NCBI GenBank assembly: GCA_963682135.1
Contig: OY821645.1
Coordinates: forward strand, 2,272,001 to 2,336,000
Source: Methanothrix sp.
GTDB taxonomy: Archaea > Halobacteriota > Methanosarcinia > Methanotrichales > Methanotrichaceae
Direction of reading: 5' to 3'
Length of the DNA: 64,000 nt
Shown: positions 36,282-46,702 of the stretch, one piece after another
How positions within the stretch are numbered: position 1 is the stretch's first letter
Layout: every line of letters starts with the position of its first letter
Translations under genes and position numbers: made by a program
The notes under the pieces: model-generated
The model's database searches: none
The model's input: only the letters and a program-made list of their open reading frames with translations
Told to the model about the DNA's origin: nothing

Positions 36282-37826
36282 ATGAAAATATTGCTTACTG
36301 TCTCGCCCCGTTTTGAGCTGCACGATGATATTAAGTATATCGATATAAAGTCGTGCAAGAGAGGCTCCCGTCCATCTCTTGCTCTTTATCAGCTGGCATC
36401 AACTATTCGGGAGGAGCATGATGTTCAGGTGCTCGATCCGGCAATCAGCGACTTTCAGCCCAGGCAGCTGGAGCTGCATGGCCGGGGTGATGTTGATCTC
36501 CTGGATGCTCTGCACTTTCCTGCACTGGAGAAGAGCATCAATGGCGTCGATGTAATCGGCATCTCTGCCACGAGCTTTGAATGGTTCCTGGCAAAAATCA
36601 TGATTGAACGGATCAAGGAGAAGGATCCTAACCTGCCTGTCATCGCCGGTGGCATCCATCCCTCAATTGCCGACCGATACATCCTGCAGTCATCGAAAGC
36701 AGATTACGTTGTGCGAGGCGAGGGGGAAAAGGCCCTTCCCGAACTCTTGGCCGCCCTTCAAGATGGCTCAGATCTGGCTGGCATCGATGGCCTCTCCTAC
36801 CGCCAGGGCGAAGCTGTGCTGAGAAATAAAGATCGCAGGCCAATGACTGCTCAAGAGATGGAGGAGCTTGCACTTCCTGCCTTTGACCTCATGCCGTCCG
36901 GTCTTTATGGCAAACTGACACTGGAAACGTCAAGAGGCTGCCTCTTTGACTGCAGCTTCTGCAGCCTTCCTTTTCGCAGATCGTGGCGGGCTTTAAGCCC
37001 GGAATCGGTCCTGAAGAGGGTCGAGCATGCGGCGAACTTCACGAGCAAGCTTTACGGCGAATGCAAGGCGATCCACTTTGTTGATGCTACCTTCGTTGCC
37101 GATTCGAAAAGGGCTCTGGCAATCTTTGCCGGACTTCAGGAGATGGACCTGGAGGATACGAAAATCGCCTTTGAAGGGCGCATCAATGAGATGGCAAATC
37201 CGGAGATACTGAAACACTGCAGGAAGATTGCCATTGATTTCATAGTAATCGGCATTGAGAGCGGCTACAATGATGGATTGCGCAGAATTGGAAAAGGGAT
37301 CACCACCAGATCGGCAGAAAGATTTGGCTCAATGTCAAGGGACCTCAGCTCATACTTCCGCTATGGTTTCATCGTTGGCTTTCCCTGGGAGACAAAAGAG
37401 GACTGCCGGAAGACCATAGCCTTTGCCAATCGCATGGTTTCCGAATACGGCGGCCTTGCAGTAGTCGGCTGGTACCAGCTTTACCCCGGATCAAGTATCT
37501 GGAACGATCGAATGCAGTTCGGGATCCATGAAGGATGGGAGCTTTTCGACAGCCTGCAACTGCGGTCTCAGGCCTTCCGCTCCAGGCTAACCCCCAGGCT
37601 CTCTGAAGAAGATATCTGGGAGATTGACCATCAGATTGATACGCATAACATAATGAGAGTGCTGGATAGCGATGATAGCAGCAAAGACCGCGACGTGGAC
37701 GATCTCACCTCAGCTATTTACACTCCTACGGACGGCTATTTCCTCACGAAGACCGGCGGGTTCATAGACAAAACCCCACCCTATTTTGACCTCCGGGCAA
37801 AGCTCTTTAGCCTCGACTGGACATAG
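36282..37826 (+). CDS. B12-binding radical SAM enzyme (3)
   Basis: GGIHPS, RGEGE, SRGCLFDCSFC. Confidence 0.93.
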   Translation: MKILLTVSPRFELHDDIKYIDIKSCKRGSRPSLALYQLASTIREEHDVQVLDPAISDFQPRQLELHGRGDVDLLDALHFPALEKSINGVDVIGISATSFEWFLAKIMIERIKEKDPNLPVIAGGIHPSIADRYILQSSKADYVVRGEGEKALPELLAALQDGSDLAGIDGLSYRQGEAVLRNKDRRPMTAQEMEELALPAFDLMPSGLYGKLTLETSRGCLFDCSFCSLPFRRSWRALSPESVLKRVEHAANFTSKLYGECKAIHFVDATFVADSKRALAIFAGLQEMDLEDTKIAFEGRINEMANPEILKHCRKIAIDFIVIGIESGYNDGLRRIGKGITTRSAERFGSMSRDLSSYFRYGFIVGFPWETKEDCRKTIAFANRMVSEYGGLAVVGWYQLYPGSSIWNDRMQFGIHEGWELFDSLQLRSQAFRSRLTPRLSEEDIWEIDHQIDTHNIMRVLDSDDSSKDRDVDDLTSAIYTPTDGYFLTKTGGFIDKTPPYFDLRAKLFSLDWT

Positions 37827-37840
37827 ACCTCCAGCAGCCG

Positions 37841-39283
37841 TCAGGCGGCCATCAGTCTCTCCATGTCCTCTGAAATCGGCAGCAAACTGAGGAAGAAGTC
37901 CGGTCTTTGGCGCGATAGTTCCGCATAGATCCATATGGATAGCTCTGCAATATGCCTGTTGAGATCGCAGCTATGACTATCAGGCTCCCATACACTGCCA
38001 TTGATGGCTGCTGACTCGGCAATGCATCCGCCTGCGCATAGGTATCGAGCCCAGCAGGACCGGCAGGCACGAATATTATCGACATCGACGAGTCTCTCCT
38101 GCAAACGAGCCATTCTATCAGGATCAATTCCCTGCCGGATATCGCCCAGGGCATAATCCTCCTGCCCCACAAAACCGGGACAGGGATAGACTTTTCCTTC
38201 TTTGGAGACGCTCAAAAGGCTTGTTCCGGCTGCGCAATATCTCCTAGCTCGATTGCCGGATGCAATTGTGGAGATGAAACGCGAAAAAGCCGAATTGATA
38301 GTCGCTCCATTTATTACTGCATCCTCCAAAATGTAGCAAGCAAACTGCGAGTATGCGCTCTTCATGAGGCTCAGAGAGGCATCGTCAAGACGAAATTCCT
38401 CAACAAAACCCCGGGCATGATGAATATAGATGTGATCTGCCCCGAACTCTTGCAGGAACCTGGCAGTCTCAGCAAAATCGCTTGTCCTGCTATCCAGAGT
38501 GCTCTCAAACTGGACATTTTCATTGTATCCATCCAGAAGCTGAGGCAGCCAGCGGCAGATGCGATCAAAAGAGCCTCTTCCATCAGGAAATACCCTCATC
38601 CTATCGTGATTCTCTCGGCGGCCATCCAGACTTACGGTTACTTTGCATCTATTCTCCTTCAAAAATGATATTATATCTTCATCAAATAGAGTGCCGTTTG
38701 TGGTCAAATGATGAATGATTTTCTTTCCGGAGATTTCTTCCTTTTCCCGGGAGCATTCGATGATCGCTTTGATGACACCGAAATTTAGCAGCGGCTCGCC
38801 GCCAAAAAAGGAGATGGTGAGATTTCTGTCCGTTGATTCTCGAATCAAAAAGTCAATGCTGTCACGAGCTACCTTATCAGACATCCTGCCGCCATCTCTT
38901 CCGTATGAGCCGTGCGAAGCCAGGCAATATCTGCAGGAGAGGTTGCACTCCTCAGAAAGGTTCATCATCAGATTGCTCAAAGCCGGATCGGCTCTCTCAA
39001 ACCTAGGAATGGCCTTCTCTCTTCCTGATTTGAGCAAGCCTTTTTCTTGCAGATCGCCTATGGCTTTTGCTGTTTGCGGATCATCTTCGGAACGGGAGTT
39101 AATGGACGGGATGGCATCATCAGCCATTGACAGGATTTGAGATTCACGCGCCGATAGATCATGAACTCTCATCCCTGCCACATCAAGAGCGTAGACGCGA
39201 CCGTCCCGGCTGAAGAGATGTGCCTCAACTCTACTAAGCTGCAAGTTGCCATCCAATTTTCCACCCCAAAGACACGCAGACAC
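37841..39283 (-). CDS. radical SAM/SPASM peptide maturase with N-terminal RRE-like domain
   Basis: CNLSCRYC, FFGGEPLL, CAAG..GKVYPC, CRSCWARYLCAGGC..C; exact start uncertain. Confidence 0.92.
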   Translation of the reverse strand: MSACLWGGKLDGNLQLSRVEAHLFSRDGRVYALDVAGMRVHDLSARESQILSMADDAIPSINSRSEDDPQTAKAIGDLQEKGLLKSGREKAIPRFERADPALSNLMMNLSEECNLSCRYCLASHGSYGRDGGRMSDKVARDSIDFLIRESTDRNLTISFFGGEPLLNFGVIKAIIECSREKEEISGKKIIHHLTTNGTLFDEDIISFLKENRCKVTVSLDGRRENHDRMRVFPDGRGSFDRICRWLPQLLDGYNENVQFESTLDSRTSDFAETARFLQEFGADHIYIHHARGFVEEFRLDDASLSLMKSAYSQFACYILEDAVINGATINSAFSRFISTIASGNRARRYCAAGTSLLSVSKEGKVYPCPGFVGQEDYALGDIRQGIDPDRMARLQERLVDVDNIRACRSCWARYLCAGGCIAESAAINGSVWEPDSHSCDLNRHIAELSIWIYAELSRQRPDFFLSLLPISEDMERLMAA

Positions 39284-39445
39284 TCGCTGACTGAATTCTC
39301 ACCATTTATTTAATTTCGCTAAAGTCTATTTATAAATGTCGGAAGCGATCATGAGCTCTGCGGCTCTCTTTTGTTCCCAATTCATATCATAGATCTGAGC
39401 CTGTCTGGATTCAATATTTATATCTCGGATATGTACTGATAGATC

Positions 39446-41050
39446 ATGAGGGTCCTGTTAACTGCTGCACCAAGATTTGAGCTGCAAAAAGGTGCCCAAG
39501 ATATTGATATCCGGGCCGAGCTGACGAGCAGGCATCCTTCTCTGGCGATCTATCAACTGGCATCAATTCTGAGAGAGGGCCATCAATTGCACCTGCTTGA
39601 CCCATCGTTGAGCGATTTCAGATCGAAGGGAGGCGAGCAGATAACCGTCAAGGACCAGAGGAGCCTGGCGGGCTTGATATTTCCTGCCCTGGAAAGAGGT
39701 CTGTCAGGCATAGATATGGTTGCTATCTCGGGCACAAGCTTTGACTGGTTCCTGGTCAGGCTCATGGCCGGTAGGATCAAGGAAAAGGACCCGGAAATGC
39801 CCATCCTTGCCGGCGGAGTTCATCCAACTCATGCCGACAGGCATATCTTGAAGACGACTGCAATCGACTTCATAATCAGAGGTGATGGTGAAGAGAGCTT
39901 TCCCAGGCTTCTTCACGCTCTGGAAATTGACGGCGATCTTGAGAGCATTGACGGTCTGTCCTATCGCAAGAGCCTCAGATCGGCCAAGAAGGATGAGATC
40001 AGAATAAATAAAGACGCAACGCCTCTCTCCGCGGAAGAGATCGAGAAGATGCCCCTTCCTGCCTTCGATCTCATGCCCTCCAATATTTATGGCAAGATAG
40101 GCGTGGAATCATCCCGAGGCTGCAGGTTCGATTGCAGCTTTTGCAGCCTTCTCTACCGGAGACTCTGGAGAGGGCTCGCCCCTGAGGCGGTCTTGAAGAG
40201 AGTCGAGCATGCCGCAAGCTTCGCCGACAAGCTTTATGGAGAAGAGAAAGCGGTACAGTTCATCGACGGCACTTTTACTGCCCATGCCAGGAGATCTGAG
40301 AAGATTCTGGAGGGGCTGAAAGATATTGATCTTGGAGGTCTCAGCATTGCCTTTGAGGGTCGGGTCAATGAGATATCAGGACCGAACTCGAACATTCTCA
40401 AGATCTGCAAGAGATTTCCCATTGACTACATCTTTCTTGGAGTTGAGAGCGGATACGACAGCGGCTTGGCTAGGATCAGCAAGGGTTTCAACACAAGGGC
40501 CGTGGAAAGATGCGCATCTTTATCTAAAGAGCAGGGTGTTCCTCTGCGCTACGGCTTTATCGCCGGTTTTCCCTGGGAGGGCAGGGATGAGTGTTTGAAG
40601 ACCCTCTCTTTTGCCGACCACATTGTCTCTGATTATGGGGGACTGGCATTTATCAACTGGTTTTATCTTCTGCCGGGGTCGCGCATTTGGGACGAGAGAC
40701 AATCATATGATATCTCATGCGGAATGGAATGCTTTGACGACCTCACGATAAGAACTAGAGATTATCGCAGAGAGATCTCAGGAAAGCTGGATGACAAAGA
40801 CATCTCCGAGATTGATATGGCTATCAACAGATGCAATCTGATGCGAATGCTGAACGAAAGAGACGGATCGTCCCGCGAGAGCGTCTCATGCTCAGGCGTC
40901 TCAAGAGCCGGGCGTCTTGTGTTTAACAAGACCGGAGGATTCATCGATAGGACTCTTCCTTATTGCGAAGGTGAAACTGCTTTGCTGCGCATTGATTGTG
41001 GATACGAATATAAAGACAAACCAACAAGGAGAATAGCACAGGTTTCATGA
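39446..41050 (+). CDS. B12-binding radical SAM enzyme (4)
   Basis: GGVHPT, RGDGE, SRGCRFDCSFC. Confidence 0.93.
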   Translation: MRVLLTAAPRFELQKGAQDIDIRAELTSRHPSLAIYQLASILREGHQLHLLDPSLSDFRSKGGEQITVKDQRSLAGLIFPALERGLSGIDMVAISGTSFDWFLVRLMAGRIKEKDPEMPILAGGVHPTHADRHILKTTAIDFIIRGDGEESFPRLLHALEIDGDLESIDGLSYRKSLRSAKKDEIRINKDATPLSAEEIEKMPLPAFDLMPSNIYGKIGVESSRGCRFDCSFCSLLYRRLWRGLAPEAVLKRVEHAASFADKLYGEEKAVQFIDGTFTAHARRSEKILEGLKDIDLGGLSIAFEGRVNEISGPNSNILKICKRFPIDYIFLGVESGYDSGLARISKGFNTRAVERCASLSKEQGVPLRYGFIAGFPWEGRDECLKTLSFADHIVSDYGGLAFINWFYLLPGSRIWDERQSYDISCGMECFDDLTIRTRDYRREISGKLDDKDISEIDMAINRCNLMRMLNERDGSSRESVSCSGVSRAGRLVFNKTGGFIDRTLPYCEGETALLRIDCGYEYKDKPTRRIAQVS

Positions 41051-42552
41051 TCACTCCTTCCTTTGACAGAAAAAAGCCACCCGGCGCACCCGATTATAAG
41101 ATCCTCCTGGTCACGGGCAGAATGGCCGAAGCCCAGGTCAGATCTTCTGCCGACGACGCGCAGGTGCTGGTGGCCGATGTTGATGTGGCCGCCTTTATCA
41201 CCCCCGAGCTGCTGCTTTCCGCTTCTCCCATGGGATACGATCTTATCCTGATTCCCGGCGCCATTACCGCTGATTTCCAGGAAGCAGAACGTGCTCTTTG
41301 CACAAAAATCCGCCTGGGGCCCAAGAACGCTGCCGACCTCAAGGAAGTGCTGCGCCATCTTGCTAAAGAGAAGATCGAGCTATCCCGCACCATTCCTGCT
41401 TGCCGGCTACTGGAAGGAAATATGCGAGAAGGCGCACTCGATCAGGTGCGGCAACTGGAAGAGAAAGCCTCTTCTCAGCTGCTGATCAGGGGCATCAAGA
41501 TCGGTGGCAGCTCTCGCATGAAGGTCCTGGCAGAGATCGTCGATGCCACGCGCCTGCGCCCTGCGGTCCTGACCGAAAGGGTCCGCTACTACGATGATCA
41601 GGGCGCAGATATGATCGACCTGGGGCTGCCTCTCGATGCCCATGCCCATCAGGTGAAAGCCGCGCTGCAAACCGCCCGCCAGGCCACAAACCTTCCCATA
41701 AGCCTTGATACCATCAAGAGCGACCTGATCCTGGCTGGCTTAGAGGCCGGAGCCGACCTGATTTTAAGCTTAAACGCCGGCAATCTGCCCCAGGTGGGCA
41801 AGGCGGTAGCCGGAGCAGGCACGCCGGCGGTGATCATTCCCGGTCCCGGCTGCATCAGTTTGGAAGAGAACCTGTTAGCGGCTTTGCAGATGGGAATTTT
41901 AACTATAGCTGACCCGATTCTCGAACCGCCTCTGCAAGGACTGGCTCCCTCGCTGCAAAGGTACAGGCTATTCCAGGAGGATCATCCCGATATCCCTCTA
42001 TTCTTCGGGGTGGGTAATGTTACGGAGCTATTGGATGCCGACACGGTAGGCGTCAATGCCCTCCTGGCCGCCCTGGCGGCAGAGAGCGGCGCATCTATCC
42101 TTTTCACGCCCGAGTTCAGCGCCAAAGCAGTAGGAAGCGTGCAGGAACTGGCCCAGGCTTCAAGAATGATGCTGCTGGCACGCCAGCGCCAGGCGCCTCC
42201 CAAAGACCTGGGCCTTGACCTTCTCATCTTGAAGGAGAAGAGACACTTGCCGGAAGAAGCCATGCCCGAAACGGTAATTGAAGCTAAAAGAGAACACAAT
42301 TACCAGCCGGACCGCAGTGGATGCTTCAGGATATCAATCTCATCGCAATCGATACTGGCTCAAAATGCCGGCACAACCGTCGCGGGACGAAATGCTCGCG
42401 ACATCCTCAATACTCTCATCGATATGGGTTTGGTCAGCCGCCTGGATCATGCCGGATACCTCGGTCGCGAACTGGAGAAGGCTGAGATCGCTCTTCGCCT
42501 GAAAAGAAGCTATGTTCAGGACGAACCGCTCTGGTCCTCTGAGAAACGTTAA
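41047..42552 (+). CDS. dihydropteroate synthase-like protein (archaeal, with C-terminal DUF4346)
   Basis: KILLVTGRMA, RLGPKNAADL, KVLAEIVDA, GNVTELLDAD, HAGYLGRELEKAE..YVQD. Confidence 0.9.
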   Translation: MITPSFDRKKPPGAPDYKILLVTGRMAEAQVRSSADDAQVLVADVDVAAFITPELLLSASPMGYDLILIPGAITADFQEAERALCTKIRLGPKNAADLKEVLRHLAKEKIELSRTIPACRLLEGNMREGALDQVRQLEEKASSQLLIRGIKIGGSSRMKVLAEIVDATRLRPAVLTERVRYYDDQGADMIDLGLPLDAHAHQVKAALQTARQATNLPISLDTIKSDLILAGLEAGADLILSLNAGNLPQVGKAVAGAGTPAVIIPGPGCISLEENLLAALQMGILTIADPILEPPLQGLAPSLQRYRLFQEDHPDIPLFFGVGNVTELLDADTVGVNALLAALAAESGASILFTPEFSAKAVGSVQELAQASRMMLLARQRQAPPKDLGLDLLILKEKRHLPEEAMPETVIEAKREHNYQPDRSGCFRISISSQSILAQNAGTTVAGRNARDILNTLIDMGLVSRLDHAGYLGRELEKAEIALRLKRSYVQDEPLWSSEKR

Positions 42553-42573
42553 ATATTTGGTCTCGCGACATAA

Positions 42574-43449
42574 TTGCGGATGAAATCTACAGCTAAGGCT
42601 TTTGCTATCTTTGTAGGCATTGTCATGGTACTGTCTGCCTTTGCAAGTTTCGTGTTGTTGGGCGGCGACCAGACCGAGAACGTCGTTGTGCCGTCGGGCG
42701 ATGGCTCTTTGCAGACCTTTGGCGTCCAGGGCCGCTATGTGGAATGGGACTTTGCGGGACTACAGGATGTCCTGCAGATGTCTCCGGAGAGCACCGTCAT
42801 GGCTTACTGGATCAACCTGAGTGCATCGCAAAACCTGACGCAGGCTGTGACTGCAGCACTACCTCAGTCCATGGGCCTAAACTACGCAGGACAGATCCAC
42901 AACAACAACAAGATTGAAAAGCTGGCCGATATCAATTTTAATGGCACCTGGACAGAGTTTCACGCCGTCCAGCCATACCCGGTTGGCTACGATGGCCTGG
43001 TAATACCATATCAGGATTATATGATGATCCCCGCAGGAACCGATTACACCATCGTGTTTGGAATGCCGACCCTCTTCGGCCCACAGGATTCTGTACGACA
43101 GGTACTGGATGTGATCATGGGAGGACTGTCTGCACAAAGCTTCACTCTAATCGGCGATGATCACGCCGACCTGCAAGTGGCGGCTCTGGGCAGCGGCGGC
43201 AAGAGCATGCCCCTCTCCGGCGGATACAAGGAATTTTACATGGGTGTAAATGCAGCAACAAACGGGACCATGGGCTATGATCTAAGCGCCCGGTATCTGC
43301 AGCCCCAGGCCGCTACGAGCAGCAAGGTTGAGGAAATCGCTTCGAAAAACAATCTCAGCACTTCAACTATTGGCTCCGAGACGGAAATATCAGGACTTGT
43401 GGCTCCGGAAAATCTGCAAAGCGTGCTCATGGCCCTTCTCGGGCCGTAG
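42574..43449 (+). CDS. hypothetical membrane-anchored protein
   Basis: N-terminal TM helix; 291-aa ORF. Confidence 0.7.
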   Translation: MRMKSTAKAFAIFVGIVMVLSAFASFVLLGGDQTENVVVPSGDGSLQTFGVQGRYVEWDFAGLQDVLQMSPESTVMAYWINLSASQNLTQAVTAALPQSMGLNYAGQIHNNNKIEKLADINFNGTWTEFHAVQPYPVGYDGLVIPYQDYMMIPAGTDYTIVFGMPTLFGPQDSVRQVLDVIMGGLSAQSFTLIGDDHADLQVAALGSGGKSMPLSGGYKEFYMGVNAATNGTMGYDLSARYLQPQAATSSKVEEIASKNNLSTSTIGSETEISGLVAPENLQSVLMALLGP

Positions 43450-43562
43450 CGCAACCTTTTTACATATGGAGCTAATGGCTGATCTAATCTGAATCGTCTA
43501 ATTCGTTTAGGCGTTTTTGCGATGAATGATGATGGGCAAGCTGCCCGGAAGGAGATTAAATT

Positions 43563-43931
43563 ATGGCAAGACCAATATTCGTAAGATTTGATGTTCCAGC
43601 AGAGCTGGCTACCATGTCTCTTGAAGCCCTTGAACTGGCTCGTGATACAGGCAGAATAAAGAAGGGAACCAACGAAGCCACTAAGGCCATCGAGCGCGGT
43701 GTAGCTCGCCTGGTTATTGTCGGCGAAGATGTCACCCCTCCTGAGATTGTGGCCCATATTCCAGCTCTTTGCGAAGAGAAGAAGACACCTTACATCTACG
43801 TCAAGAAGCAGAGCGAGCTTGGTGCCGCTGCTGGCCTTAGCGTAAAGAGCGCCGCCGCGGCAATAGTCGAGCCCGGAAAGGGAAAAGAGTTGCTTGATGA
43901 AATCGTCCAGAAAGTGGCAGCTTTGAAGTAG
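43563..43931 (+). CDS. rpl7ae: 50S ribosomal protein L7Ae
   Basis: [25 protein letters not shown]. Confidence 0.97.
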   Translation: MARPIFVRFDVPAELATMSLEALELARDTGRIKKGTNEATKAIERGVARLVIVGEDVTPPEIVAHIPALCEEKKTPYIYVKKQSELGAAAGLSVKSAAAAIVEPGKGKELLDEIVQKVAALK

Positions 43932-43941
43932 GTGATATCCG

Positions 43942-44154
43942 ATGGAGGATGAGAACGGAGTAGCGGCAGAGGTCATAGAGGTCATCGGCGTTACCGGCAT
44001 GCATGGTGAGGCGACGCAGATAAAATGCCGTATCCTGGAAGGCAACAACAAGGGCCGCATTATCACCAGGAACTGCATGGGACCGATCCGCATGGGCGAT
44101 GTCCTGATGCTGCTCGAGACTGCCAGAGAAGCCAAGAAGCTTACCAGCAGGTGA
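43942..44154 (+). CDS. rps28e: 30S ribosomal protein S28e
   Basis: [27 protein letters not shown]. Confidence 0.97.
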   Translation: MEDENGVAAEVIEVIGVTGMHGEATQIKCRILEGNNKGRIITRNCMGPIRMGDVLMLLETAREAKKLTSR

Positions 44155-44160
44155 TGGAAT

Positions 44161-44331
44161 ATGGAAGCTAGAAAGTGTTCCTTCTGCAACAAGACCATCG
44201 AGCCGGGAACTGGCAAGCTTTATGCCAAAAAGGACGGCACGGTCTTTTACTTCTGCTCAGCCAAGTGTGAGAACAACGTAGCCCTTGGCCGTGTAACGAG
44301 AAGAATCAAATGGGCCAGAAAGGGGGCATAA
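44161..44331 (+). CDS. rpl24e: 50S ribosomal protein L24e
   Basis: [36 protein letters not shown]..; 56 aa, absent from the ORF track; conserved operon position. Confidence 0.95.
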   Translation: MEARKCSFCNKTIEPGTGKLYAKKDGTVFYFCSAKCENNVALGRVTRRIKWARKGA

Positions 44332-44334
44332 GCC

Positions 44335-44793
44335 CTGGCAGAGATAGAGCGAACCTTTGTCATGGTAAAGCCCGATGGCGTGCAGCGTGCGCTCATTGGC
44401 AAGATACTGCAGCGCATTGAGGAAAAAGGCTTCAAGATAGTGGCTATGAAGCTCACCCTCATGCCGGTGGAGAAGGCCAAGGAGCACTACGCAGAGCATG
44501 TGGGCAAGAAATTTTATCAGGACCTGGTAGATTTCATCACCTCCGGACCCTCCGTATCAATGGTGATTGAGGGGCGGGGCGCAATTGCCGCCATGAGGAA
44601 GATGAATGGCGCTACCAATCCGGTTGATGCTGTCTCTGGAACCATTCGAGGAGACCTGGCCATCGAAACCGGCCGAAATGTGGTGCACGGCTCGGATTCA
44701 GCAGTCTCCGCGGCTCGCGAGATAGCGCTGCATTTCAGCCCGAGCGAACTGGTGGCCTACAAGCGAATAGATGAAGCATGGCTTTACGAATGA
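44335..44793 (+). CDS. ndk: nucleoside diphosphate kinase
   Basis: ERTFVMVKPDGVQR..NVVHGSDS; conserved N terminus extends upstream of the ATG at 44362. Confidence 0.95.
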   Translation: MAEIERTFVMVKPDGVQRALIGKILQRIEEKGFKIVAMKLTLMPVEKAKEHYAEHVGKKFYQDLVDFITSGPSVSMVIEGRGAIAAMRKMNGATNPVDAVSGTIRGDLAIETGRNVVHGSDSAVSAAREIALHFSPSELVAYKRIDEAWLYE

Positions 44794-44893
44794 GATCAGG
44801 CAGGATGCATCTTCTGCCTCCTCTCATCGGAGCCTTTAAATTCTTAAAATGAAATGTAATTTTTAGACTTACTTCCTTCAGGGCGCGACCAGT

Positions 44894-46702
44894 ATGCAAC
44901 ATAAGTCCAAAAAGGCCGGCAAAGCAAATGGCGATGAGTCCAACCTCAGAACACCCATAGTAGTTGTGATGGGGCATGTGGACCACGGCAAGACATCTCT
45001 TTTAGATAAGATCAGAGGAACAGCCGTTGCCAAAGGGGAAGCCGGGCTCATTACCCAGCACATTGGAGCCACAGAGGTTCCGCTGAGCGTGGTGCAGGAT
45101 TTTTGTGGATCGCATTTCGGCAAAGAGATGCAGATTCCAGGACTGCTGTTCATCGACACGCCGGGACATCATGCATTTACCTCTATGCGAAGCAGAGGCG
45201 GCTCTCTGGCGGATTTGGCAGTGCTGATTGTGGACATTAACGAGGGCTTCCAGCCCCAGACCATCGAGTCGCTGGCCATTCTCAAACGTTTTAGGACACC
45301 ATTTGTGGTCGCCGCCAACAAGATGGATCGCATCAGCGGCTGGCACTGCGTTGCTAACGCTCCCTTTGGCAAGAGCATCAAGGCGCAAAATGAACGAGTG
45401 GCCGAGGTGCTGGATACAAGGATCTACGAACTGGTAGGAGAGCTCTACAAACATGGATTTGATGGGGACAGGTACGATCGGATCACCGACTTTACCAAGA
45501 CGATTGGAATTGTGCCCATCAGCGCCATCACCGGTGAAGGGGTACCCGATATTCTCATGATACTGGTAGGGCTGGCTCAGAGATTTTTGAAGGATAATCT
45601 AAAGCTAACGGCCACAGGTCCAGGTATGGGCACAATCTTAGAGGTAAAAGAGGAGAAAGGCCTGGGCACAACTCTGGATGTCATACTCTACAACGGCGAA
45701 TTCAACTCGGGCGATACGGTAATTGTGGGCACGGCCCATGAGCCGATCGTCACAAAGATAAGAGCCCTGCTAAAGCCCAAGCCGCTGATGGAGATTCGAA
45801 GCGAGGAGAGATTTCTGCCGGTAAAGCATGTGGCGGCAGCATCTGGTGTAAAGATTGCGGCACCCAAATTGGAGAATGCACTGGCAGGATCAACTATTCG
45901 CGTGGTTACCAATGCAGAAGAGATAGAGGCTCTTTCCACTGAGCTGAAATCGGAACTGGAGGCGGTGCGTATCGATGCAGAGAGCGAGGGCGTGATCCTG
46001 AAAGCTGATGCCATCGGCTCGCTGGAAGCACTGGTAGGGGAGCTGAAGGCCAAGAATATTGCCATTCATCATGCCGATGTAGGGCCCGTTTCCAGAAGAG
46101 ATGTGATCCGCGCTTCGGCCATCAAAGAACCCCTGCTTTCTGCGATTTTGGCATTTAATGTGGAAATCCTGCCCGATGCCATCAGCGAGATTCAGAAGAC
46201 CAATGTACCCGTATTTTGCAGCGATATTATTTACAGTATTTTAGAGAACTATGAGCAGTGGACGGAGGAGCAGAAGATGCGCATAGAGCAGGAGCGACTT
46301 GAGGCGGTTATCCGGCCCGGAGCCGTGCGTCTTTTGCCGGACTGCGTATTCCGCCAGTCCAGGCCGGCCATTGTAGGTGTTCAGGTCATAGGTGGTGTGG
46401 TCCGCACCCATGTTAATTTAATGAGGGAAGACGGTGCCAATGTGGGCGAGATTAGGGGGATCCAGGCACGCAATGAAAATGTCGGCTCAGCGACCGTCGG
46501 ACAGGAAGTGGCCATATCCATCGACGGACCCACAGTAGGCCGCCAGATTCATGAAGGCGATATTCTTTATGTCAACATTCCAGAGAAGCATGCTCGCATT
46601 GTCGAACTGGAGCTGAAGCCTAAGCTGGCAGAGGACGAGCGCGAGGTGCTGGAGAATTTCCTGGAGATCAAGCGCAAGAAGGAACCCTTCTGGGGGAGAT
46701 AG
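44894..46702 (+). CDS. infB: translation initiation factor IF-2/aIF5B
   Basis: GHVDHGKT, ITQHIGA, DTPGH, NKMD. Confidence 0.97.
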   Translation: MQHKSKKAGKANGDESNLRTPIVVVMGHVDHGKTSLLDKIRGTAVAKGEAGLITQHIGATEVPLSVVQDFCGSHFGKEMQIPGLLFIDTPGHHAFTSMRSRGGSLADLAVLIVDINEGFQPQTIESLAILKRFRTPFVVAANKMDRISGWHCVANAPFGKSIKAQNERVAEVLDTRIYELVGELYKHGFDGDRYDRITDFTKTIGIVPISAITGEGVPDILMILVGLAQRFLKDNLKLTATGPGMGTILEVKEEKGLGTTLDVILYNGEFNSGDTVIVGTAHEPIVTKIRALLKPKPLMEIRSEERFLPVKHVAAASGVKIAAPKLENALAGSTIRVVTNAEEIEALSTELKSELEAVRIDAESEGVILKADAIGSLEALVGELKAKNIAIHHADVGPVSRRDVIRASAIKEPLLSAILAFNVEILPDAISEIQKTNVPVFCSDIIYSILENYEQWTEEQKMRIEQERLEAVIRPGAVRLLPDCVFRQSRPAIVGVQVIGGVVRTHVNLMREDGANVGEIRGIQARNENVGSATVGQEVAISIDGPTVGRQIHEGDILYVNIPEKHARIVELELKPKLAEDEREVLENFLEIKRKKEPFWGR

